From positions 4,924,137 through 4,988,136 of the forward strand of contig CM082595.2 of assembly GCA_040954595.2 (NCBI GenBank): a stretch of 64,000 nucleotides of DNA, read 5' to 3'. Shown one piece after another: positions 53,932-64,000 of this stretch. Below the pieces are notes generated by a model, which was not told the DNA's origin, searched no databases, and worked only from the letters and a program-made list of their open reading frames with translations. Numbering within the stretch: position 1 is the stretch's first letter; each line of letters starts with the position of its first letter. The translations under genes were made by a program, and so were the position numbers. The DNA is from Balanoglossus misakiensis. Its lineage: Eukaryota > Animalia > Hemichordata.

Positions 53932-54550
53932 TTTTAATGTTAAAGTATAAAGTGAAGCCTGAAAAATTTCTAAGTGTTTTTAATGTCTAAGTATAGAGTG
54001 AAGCCTGAAAAATTTCTAAGTGTTTTTAAAAAGTATAGAGTGAAGCCTGAAAAATTTCTAAGTGTTTTTAATGTCTAAGTATAGAGTGAAGCCTGAAAAA
54101 TTTCTAAGTGTTTTTAATGTCTAAGTATAGAGTGAAGCCTGAAAAATTTCTAAGTGTTTTTGATGTCCAAGTATAGAGTGAAGCCTGAAAAATTTCTAAG
54201 TGTTTTTGATGTCCAAGTATAGAGTGAAGCCTGAAAAATTTCTAAGTGTTTTTGATGTCCAAGTATAGAGTGAAGCCTGAAAAATTTCTAAGTGTTTTTA
54301 ATGTCCAATTCCAAGTGTAGAGTGAAGCCTGAAAAATTTCTAAGTGTTTTTAATGTTTAATTTCCAAGTGTTTTTAATGTCCAAGTGTAGAGTGAAGCCT
54401 GAAAAATTTCTAAGTGTTTTTAATGTCCAAGTATAGAGTGAAGCCTGAAAAATTTCTAAGTGTTTTTAATAAGTATAGAGTGAAGCCTGAAAAATTTCTA
54501 AGTGTTTTTAATAAGTATAGAGTAAAGCCTGAAAAATTTCTAAGTGTTTT
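53932..54550. repeat. Minisatellite, ~46-bp unit, about 13 copies
   Basis: Unit AAGTATAGAGTGAAGCCTGAAAAATTTCTAAGTGTTTTTAATGTCY (period 54077 to 54123). Two more units at about 55983-56049. Confidence 0.93.
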
Positions 54551-54764
54551 TTTTTTTACAAAAAAGCAGACACCAAGGATTGAAATTTATTGTATTTTAT
54601 TTCATTTTCATATTTCATATTTCATATTTCATATTGAAATTTAACTCGTATTCACTTGTCGTTTCAGGTCTATCTGTTGAATGGTTGATGACCAATCGAA
54701 AGAAGTGGAGTCCAGCCGGGATCTGAAAAGACAAGGCAAGTGTTAGAAAATGCAAGTTATGTAG

Positions 54765-54838
54765 GGGGCATACACAAGTTTCAAAAATTTTCTAAGTTTT
54801 CTTTAACTTAGAAAATTTTTGAAACTTGTATATGCCCC
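54765..54838. repeat. 74-bp near-perfect inverted repeat
   Basis: GGGGCATACACAAGTTTCAAAAATTTTCTAAGTT-ttcttt-AACTTAGAAAATTTTTGAAACTTGTATATGCCCC. Confidence 0.9.
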
Positions 54839-54978
54839 AACGTGGAGGTATAGACAAATTTCAAATTTTTAGCGTTTCTGACTTAGTTTTTTTTTTTGGC
54901 TTTTTATATGCCATCCCTAGCCCCCACCCTAACCTCCCCATGTGTGTACTGCAGAGACTAATAAATCTCTAGCACAAC

Positions 54979-55155
54979 TCTTACTTCAGTTGAGCTAAGT
55001 TAAATTTTTTTTTACAAGTGCATTATGGGCATCATAATCTATGCAAGATCTTTTCAGATGCAAAACATTTTTGCATTTGAAAAGATCTTGCATAGATTAG
55101 GATGCCCGTAATGCACTTGTAAAAAAAAATATAAGTTTGCTCGACCGAAGTAAGA
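54979..55155. repeat. ~177-bp long inverted repeat
   Basis: TCTTACTTCAGTTGAGC...CAAGATCTTTTCAGATGCAAAA / TTTTGCATTTGAAAAGATCTTG...GCTCGACCGAAGTAAGA. Confidence 0.9.
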
Positions 55156-55648
55156 CACACACACAATTACATTGCTAAGTTATCCCTCATATTAATTTTA
55201 ATGTTATTTTATTTTCGTCATTAGGTGCAGGGAAGTTGCCATGGACTCGGTTGTACACATCAATTAAGATTTAATGCAGTTTTGGAATCTATCAATCGTA
55301 CAATATTCCTAAGTTTTAAAACTATTGACAGTTATACATGCACACATTCTATACTGCCTATTTCTATTATTGTCAGAGCATTTCAAACTTGTCCGCTTAT
55401 TTTTTAAAGTAAATAAAAGAATTGCGTTATTCGAGAGAAATTGTCTGTTCTGTCTTTGTGGTGACCCTGACATTCATTACGAACACTAGCTGTGACTTTT
55501 ATCTAAAATGCAATGAAATTGCATTATGCTATGTTAGGAACTGGATCAAAGTCTTCTGAATTGACTGGAAATTAACATCCCTTATGGAGGAACATGCTAA
55601 AGGCAATTTCAGATTTGAATAAAGTGAGGAATACTGCAAATTTTTTAA

Positions 55649-57380
55649 CTAGAAACACTCTCAAATTTGAATTTCAAAATGGCCGCCAAAATTTACTGAG
55701 AAACATTCTCAAATTTGAATTTCAAAATGGCCGCCAAAATTTACTGAGAAACATGCTAAAGGCAATTTCATTATTACCAATTCATTACATTCTGAATGTA
55801 GTTAAGTAAGCTATGACTTATGAATTAAAATTATGAATTAAAATTACATTCGCAAGAGAGTTTATTTTTCTGAAGTTATCTCATTCGAGTTTAGACTCTT
55901 TACAGGCTCTCTGTTGGCAAGTCCTAAAATTACGGAACTCTGTTCAGTTCTTATCTGCTACTTCAACTTAATGTTAAACTATAGCCTGAAAAATTTCTAA
56001 GTTTTTTTTAATGTGAAAGTATAGAGTAAAGCTTGAAAAATTTCTAAGTAAAGTAAGCTATGACTTATGAATTTAAATTATGAATTAAAATTACATTCGC
56101 AAGAGAGAGTTTATTTTTCTGAAGTTATCTCATTCGAGTTTAGACTCTTTACAGGCTCTCTGTTGGCAAGTCCTAAAATTACAGAACTCTGTTCTGTTCT
56201 TATCTGCTACTTCAACTGGATCTTTTAAAACTTGACTTAAAACTATCCTTTTTATCGATTTTTAACTGTCATTTTACCCTAGCTTTTTAAAATATTTTTT
56301 GTAAAGCTCATTATTACTGAATTTTATGAGATTAGACATCAATACTTTGACATGGAATACCTGCTACTACCCACTGTATTAAAGGTTCTAATTTATAAAA
56401 CAATATTCTGCTTGTTTTATGACCTGTGTAACAGTTTACCTAGCCTGAAAATTTATTCAATCTGTTTGCATATGCTGTGCAAAGGTACTGCAATGTACAC
56501 TATATTATGTAAACAGTGCAATTTTTTGGCATTTCAGTAAAATTCAAAATAAATTTGCATATTAATAACGAGTAAATTTATGCAAAAATTTTAACTGACC
56601 TACAGTAATAGTTTAAACATGGTTTCTGAAGTTACAACTGATTAGAAATGCAATAAACTATGAGCACAATTTCAGACTTGGCTGTCCTGTGCCAATGGGC
56701 AGCCGCGCTTTGAGTTCAAATTCATGATGGCTGTGTGAGGGCGCTAGTCTTATGAAAAGGTTGTATTGTAATTTTGATTGTCAGAGCATTTTGTCGGCTC
56801 GTTTTATATGAATAAAATAAATTCAAGAGAAGTCTGCTCTAGGGCTGTGTGAGGGCGCTAGTCTTATGAAAAGGTTGTATTGTAATTTTGATTGTCAGAG
56901 CATTTTGTCGGCTCGTTTTATATGAATAAAATAAATTCAAGAGAAGTCTGCTCTATTTGTGATGAATCCTGACACTATTTAAGAACACTAGCTGTGATTT
57001 TTATATTTTTCCTACAATTACACATATTGGAGGTTTATAATAATTATGCGTGTGACCTATGACATCATTCAGGGATTTAAAAAGCTAGTTTATTGAAGAT
57101 CTTAAACTTTCAAAGTATTACAGTAGTTTAAATTTATATTTCATGCGAACAAAATGTATAAATGTTTTGATTTCAAACTGATATATGAATAAAGAAAACT
57201 TGCAAAAATTCATGAGTTGTCTGCTCTCTCTTTGTGGCGATCCTGACACTATTGAAGAACACTGTGATTTTTATATTTTTCCTTATGTATATTCCCTACA
57301 ATTATACATATTGGTGGTTTATAATAATTATGCCTGTGACCTTTGACATCATTCAGGGATTACAGAAACAAGTTTATTAA
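55649..57380. repeat. Series of short direct duplications
   Basis: ~48-bp tandem at 55649-55752; 55803-55967 repeated at 56051-56217; 56729-56840 repeated at 56843-56954; 56945-57100 similar to 57217-57380. Confidence 0.8.
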
Positions 57381-59782
57381 AGATGTGAAAAGTTAAAATG
57401 AGTTCTACATGCTACCCTTAAAGACTAAACATATAGCCAGAAATAGGTTATGAAACTTACTACAGTCAGCTAACATTTTATCCAAAATGCAATTTGACTC
57501 TACTATTAAGAATTCATTATTAAGCTGTTTTAGGACTTGGATTTAAACTATCAGTTTAGCAGATTATACTACACGAATCTCTGGGGATCATCCCATATAA
57601 GATGACCACTGTTACTTCATTTGGCTATCCAGACAACACCTCGCAACAGCCACAGAGATCAGAACACCTGACCTCTGGGGATGGTCAAATAGATGACCAT
57701 GCACCAAGACTGTTACTTCATATGGCTATCCAGACAACCTCGCAACAGCTACCAGAGATCAGTAATTCACTAAAGGGCTTGGGCTACTTGCCTGGTGGGT
57801 CAAAGGTCAATAAAGTAGTAATTTCTAATAACTAAACTTGGCAATGCCCAGACACATCCAATAAAGTACACACATCCAACCAAGTAACAATGTAAAGCAT
57901 TTCTCTACCAAATTCATTTGTTTTCTTTATTGTTGTTCATTACTAAATTGACAAAGTTGCTCTCCGTTGACCTATTTCGATATGAAGATTTCTATGCCGT
58001 TTGAATTTTGTGAATTTTTGAAATATGCCAAAAAACTATTCTGTGGCAATGTTTACCAAGTTGAAAGTAGGTAAAAATTTAGCTTGAAGATCAAAAGAAA
58101 ATTTTCTGTTGAAATTTTGACACTTTTGAAGTTATTGATCGTCATTTTGTAAGGGACTTTATGAAAATATCCATGAATTCTTAATATCAAAAAAAGGTCA
58201 AAAAGAGCAACTTCGATGTTATATACTTCTACGTCAACACGTTTGGTTGGTCATATCCACCGACCAAACTGCTTGGATAAACAAATCTATTTGATAAACT
58301 GCGCGAGACCAATCGCACTAGCTACTCTTATGGCAAGACAATTAAAGATTTCGCGAAGTCTTCTGTATACTTGCAATCGACGAGTCCAGATCATCTCTAT
58401 AGGTCACTTTCATTACCCCTATATGACCGCAAGTCCTTGTACATGTATTTCTTGGCATTTAGGGCAAAGAAACGTGTAAAAATGTTTTCCGAAAAACAGC
58501 CACATTTGTAAATCAGTACATAATTTATTTACAACAGCTGCAGTTTTAAAGTTTTTGTAGCTTTTCATCAGACTGACGGATTTTTACCAACAGAACGAAA
58601 GATCATGTCGGGGTCATGAAAATGGCCTATTGTCATTTTCTCGAATATGTTGAAAGGGTTTGTCCTGAGCAACGATTGATGGTGTTGAACTGAATAAAAC
58701 GGTGAACAACTTCCCCAACGAAATTAAAATATATAAAAAGTACAGTACTGTAAAACAGGTTATTTTCGCGAGCAATAAATTTTCGCGAAATACACGAGTA
58801 AAAAAAACGTGAAAATAAAAGTCCAGACATACCGACGCACAGAAATGCGAAAATTAATCCTCGTGTAACAGTTGGCTATTTTGATAAATATAGCGAGTCG
58901 ACAAGAACACGATTGTCTGCCATCAATATATCTGACTGACTAAATCTTAATGAGTAAATGTAATGAGCGACGTACCATTGAAGACCACGCGGTCAGTTGG
59001 ACTTGAAGTGGCGCATCCACACATTTCTAAATAGAAGAAAAGAAAGTTTCATGAAGACAAATACACCACCAAAATGACGACAGAAAAGAAATTTTCCCGA
59101 GTTGCATTTATGAATTTAGAGATACATATTAAAACAGGCAAGTTTTGAACTTGATACTTTCCAATGGAGCAAAGTTACATGTAAGAGCCGCGTGTGCAGC
59201 CATTAGCACACAACGACGGGCAAACCACACCGTATTTAGTCACCCACCCAGCCAGCCAAACAATGGATTTTCCTCAAAATGACAGAAATTCTCCCAAGTT
59301 TCATCTATGAATTTAAAAATACATAACCAAGCAAGTTTTGAACTTGATACTTTCCAATGGAGCAAAGTTAAGAGCCGCGTGTGCAGCCATTGGCACACAA
59401 CGAACAACAAACGACGCTGCATTTCTCCATGCTCGGGCAAAAGCTAGCCGCCCAGCCCCAACAAGGGATTTTCACAAAATATTTCTAGGCAACTTTGCTG
59501 GACTTGAAATACATGGTTCTGCTCACAAAAAGACGGGGAAAAGTCTTGACTTACCTCAAATGGCGACATTTTCAGCGAACGGTACATATAAGTGTGGAAA
59601 ATGGGAAGAAAATTTAGTTTTTCACTGGGAGAGTCAAAACCACAACGTGGACGCGTGTAAAATGTGACTCCAACTGCCATCTCATTATTCATATTAAATC
59701 TCCCGTATATCTATTGATAAGCAAATTTTTCCTGGAAGACTGACCATTCACAGACTGTTGATAGTAAATATTGCTGATAGCT

Positions 59783-59910
59783 ATTTGCATTAGTATGCTA
59801 ATTTGAGATCAGCTGTGTTCATGCAGGGAAGAACCAATCAGGGACTTGCAATCATTCCAGTAAGCCAATCAAGGAAAAGCGAATGTCGCTTCATAGCGCC
59901 CTCATCGGAC
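59783..59910 (+). promoter_or_regulatory. Motif cluster: octamer, two CCAAT boxes, CTCF-like site
   Basis: ATTTGCAT near 59783, AACCAATCA near 59832, AGCCAATCA near 59863, TAGCGCCCTC near 59894. Lies ~3.3 kb upstream of the sialyltransferase exon. Confidence 0.35.
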
Positions 59911-62900
59911 AGATGCCAGTAAATTAGGCCTATTTCAATTTGTAATTTCGTTATCAAATAAATAGGTCTGTAATGTGTACAGGTTCAATTTCACATTTTA
60001 TTGCATTTATGTTATACAAAGTAGGTCGTAATTCATATGCGACCAGAGTTCATATGGGTACGCGATCGTTCCTTTAGTTCAAAGGCGAATTCATACATTC
60101 TATCAGTGTACAAGGGCGTACGTGTTGGCACAGGTAAATGACCTCGCCTTATCCACTTCTGATAAAATGATCCCGGACTTTATATTATTGTATTACATTT
60201 CTAAAATAAACAATATCACAATACATGTATATGTCACGCGTATTGATGCATGTATATGAGTATCATTACCCACACATCACTATCAATACAATTTGTTTCT
60301 TTGCATAGGCTTTATCGTGCGCTTATAAATCATCTGAATCTATAGAACCGCATTAACATTTTTCAAATTGCTTGTTTTTATTAAAAGAAGTCATATTAGA
60401 AGTGTTTTATTGATTTAAAAAGTTGTCCAGTAGAAGACTGAAATGTGCAAGGGTTCATTTTGGGATATGTATATATAGAGTCTGATATAGTCAGGGGTGT
60501 GCCAGATGATGAAATCTGGAGGGTCACTATGGGGAACTTGGCCTTGTCAGAAAAACACCAGCACCCACAGTTAGTTTAAATGGCCTGTCCCTTATCCCAC
60601 TCAAGGGCGTGTGTTCGCTTCCACTGATGGCTGCAGTAGCCATAGTGGCTTCTGGTTTCTGATCGCTGGCAGTCAAGTGCCAAGTAACCCCACCGTTATG
60701 CCCACCCCTCCCCTCCCCCCCCCCCGAAATGTGATATTGTTCCACCACAGATACATTGTATATTGAACTCATTTCTCTAATCACATTCTTGAACAAGTAA
60801 ATGTACACATTCCGTGGTCAAATGGTGTCGATTTGGGTGATCGGTCAGATCGAGTTCATCACCACTTAAAGGCTGACAAGATGACGTCACACTTCACATT
60901 TGAGGTCACAGAGCAAGAAATACGTACAAGGGTTGTTGGCACACCGTACCATTCCCACTTACACGTCTGGAAAACATCAAATCAAGATCGGGAAACCCGA
61001 CACGTCTCCCTTCGCAGTCAAAGCTGTGCAGTTAATGCTGAACGGCTGAGAAGACAGTTAATGGATGGTTTTAAGGTGATTTTGCTTTCAATTTTTTCTT
61101 GCCACGAATGAACGCGGCCGTGAAGACTTTTCATTAAGGGGCTTGCAAGATGTGGGTCGTCGTGGGCCGGGTCGTGTTACCCTTGATCTTAGCCCTGCGT
61201 CCATGTCTGTGTGTTCACGACGATCCACGGGGTGGGGGGGGGGGGTGTAACGCCGGGAACACACAGACCTGTACGCAGAGCTACCCTTGATATGCGTTGA
61301 TGCATGGATGTGCAGTCTAGCGAGGCCCTGCTGCGTACATGTCTGTGTGTTCCCGACGATACACGTTACGTTACACGGCCGTGTAACGCCAGGAGCACAT
61401 TGACATGTACGCAGGGTTAAGTCTAGTGTTACAATTTTAACAGCATTATTTATGCTGGCATTTGACACCGCGATTCCATTTACCCAAGTTTATCAACCTT
61501 GAAGGGCTAGACTTATATTTAAAAGCGCTCACAAAAAGATATGCATATATCGTCATAAATATAGACCACAATCTCTCCCGCATTGCCAAGAAAAAGCAAG
61601 ATGGATTCCCCAAGACTATTATTAATGCTAGGCGTTCTAATGTCATACATTTCGTGACAAATAAATCTGGCATCTGTCTGTCTGTCTGCCTGCCTTTCTG
61701 TCTGTCTGTCTGTTCATATGGTACGGACGGACGGACGTACATACGTACGTACGCAAAACTGAATGGATGGATAGACTGATGGACGGATTTGGCTTTTAGA
61801 CTTGAAAATTTGGAAGGGCCGAACATCAGAGAACGATGTTTCCTGCCTGGTTGAAACCTTGCTTATGGGGCACACGTCTTCCACGCGCTTGCACCCGAAA
61901 CCCAGATGCTATGTTCTTCGCCATTCTGGGTTTTCGTTTGTATGGTGCCAGAAACGAAATCTGTTATGTCTATGGCTGCTGCAGAAATTTGCTCTATCCT
62001 TGACTACACGTAACTTAGCAACGAATGAATTGAAGACGGAACGCGCCAGCGTGTATGTGGCTTTAATTAGATTGGATGTATGTGTTCAATTGGAGTTGCG
62101 ATAATTTGAAAGCTTTTCATTTCTTTCAACGATTACCACAGTTTACGAACAGTCAGAATAAACAGGGGATATCAAACTGTTTTGTTGTGTTCAATGTTAT
62201 TCATTTCTGCTTCGATGATTTTGTAGTAGACTTGTAGGCTACAAACGCGCACGCACTATCAATTAATTGAATGTGTTCTATCTGAGAGACACCAACGTCG
62301 CTGCCTATCCATTCCGCCACATTTCCCCTTTTCATTGCTGTTGTCACCTTCACTTCATTCCCTTTCTTTACATTTCACAGCCAAGAACTCTTGGCAACAG
62401 CTGTGAGAGTGACGAAATTGGCAAGTTTCACCTTGTATATCTGATGCAGTCATTTTCATGATTTGCAGCTTTCCCTATTTTTAAGCCAAAATGCATTTTG
62501 TCAAATATACAAAATTTATGAAAATTGCGAGAATCACACAAGAACTATGACGTCATTCTTCTATACACTACGGCGGTCAGAGAAAGAAAAAAATGTAAAA
62601 TAAAAAGAAATCCCTAACTACCCTTTTTTGAAAACCACGTCACGTAATCGATACAGCACATATTTTTTATTTGGCCTTATGCACTTACATTATTCTGCGC
62701 AGACAGTGAGTTTTTTTGTGCGACTCTGATGTCACAAAAAGGTCAAAACAGAGACGTTTTCCCTTAAAACAATCAAAGGAACACACCAGAAGTGCATTTT
62801 ACAGATATACCACAGAGAAAAAACAGATGGCCCATGCAATTAACACAATGAACCATATGTTACTTGTCACGCGAGAATTCCCCCTTTACCGTCCATCCAT

Positions 62901-63337
62901 TCCAGACCTGCTCACATTAAAGGGACAAAGTCTCTCTCACGCTGCCCTTTTCCCATTAATTATATTTCATACAAGACACCGTTTATGTTATTCTACATGT
63001 GGGAGTAAAAACTCGCCCAAAATGAATAAATGGTAGAGAACGATTATATTTATACCTTCTTTAGTATAAAGAATGGCCTTCCTATAAGGCAACAATTAAA
63101 CCTACCCCTATATATCACGTATTATTTTGTTCTAGTTAGTAAACACACGTACGGGCTATGCTGATGAGCAGAACAGCCGAAATGAATTTCAAGTTCATAG
63201 CCAATGTATCTTATCATTACAGGTCCCATCGCACGAATGGTGTTTTGGTGAAAGAGTGTTTCCTCTTCTATGACGTCATCAAATTGTCCACATTCGATTC
63301 TCAACTATTGGTCACCACCTCTGCTGTGATCGACGTC

Positions 63338-63899
63338 ATGTTCGGCTTCTGTCGAGTTCAGAGACGGACCTATACCTGCGTCGCGTGCTTAATTTTGTGC
63401 CAACTCATTCTACAGCTACCGCTGTATTTATTCTTAAGAAATTGGTGCAACTACGTCAGGGGACGGCAGTCAGGCAGTACTCCGCAATCTGCATATCCAC
63501 AAGGCAGCAGGAATTGGACTCAGACCAGAATCACACCTTTCGCAAAAGTAAACCGAATAAGCAGCATCTATGACGTCATAAACCGAACCGGGAGAGTGTC
63601 TGACGTAATTCGCTGCGGGGAGCAGACTAGAATTCACCCTGCCGGGCCTGCAATACCGCCAGAGTACGGAAAACGTTTCAAGAACACCAGGAATTCTACT
63701 GCCAGCTATGTACTCTGTAGGCTGTTTTCAAAAGCGCCGATAAGCACCCTCGGACCGAAAGACTGCCCCCTACGGCAGATGGGGATCGGAGACTTCTTGC
63801 CAGAAGACAGACTCATCGAAGACAACCCGAGATACCGCACATGTGCAGTTGTTGCAAGCTCCGGATCCATGAAGAATTCAAATCTTGGGGAGGAGATTG
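63338..63899 (+). CDS. First coding exon of a GT29 sialyltransferase, ST6Gal-like; gene continues beyond the window
   Basis: Acceptor at about 63222 and ATG at 63338. Short cytoplasmic tail, signal anchor (CVACLILCQLILQLPLYLFL), stem, then start of sialylmotif L (RTCAVVASSGSMKNSNLGEEI) with phase-1 donor G|GTAATT at 63899. Confidence 0.85.
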
Positions 63900-64000
63900 G
63901 TAATTCTGGTAATCTGTAAATACCAACCCGGGAAATAATTGTAGCCTTACAAATTTTAAGTCATTAAACTCAAAGAGGGCGGCAGAACGTTGCATTCTGA

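Overview
Eukaryotic, intron-containing, AT-rich animal genomic DNA. Gene and repeat content suggests a marine invertebrate deuterostome such as a hemichordate or echinoderm (inference). From left to right: (1) the 3' end of a WD40-repeat (NWD-like) gene with an acidic tail; (2) two tandem TRIM-NHL (TRIM2/3-like) paralogs, one with a destroyed RING; (3) a 15-exon zf-CW+PWWP gene (ZCWPW1-like) on the minus strand, head-to-head with (4) MEPCE/Bin3, the same arrangement as in human; (5) a class A GPCR; (6) a long gene-poor stretch with MITEs, a LINE fragment, an ~5.3 kb 88-bp satellite whose monomer is a 64-nt hairpin, a 46-bp minisatellite, long inverted repeats and exon-like units; (7) the first coding exon of an ST6Gal-like sialyltransferase. 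The main observations are the concentration of TRIM-NHL paralog differences on the ligand-binding face of all six propeller blades, the conserved ZCWPW1-MEPCE pairing, and the hairpin satellite lying inside a putative spliced non-coding unit. Exon models were read by eye from GT-AG signals and phase continuity, not from transcript data.
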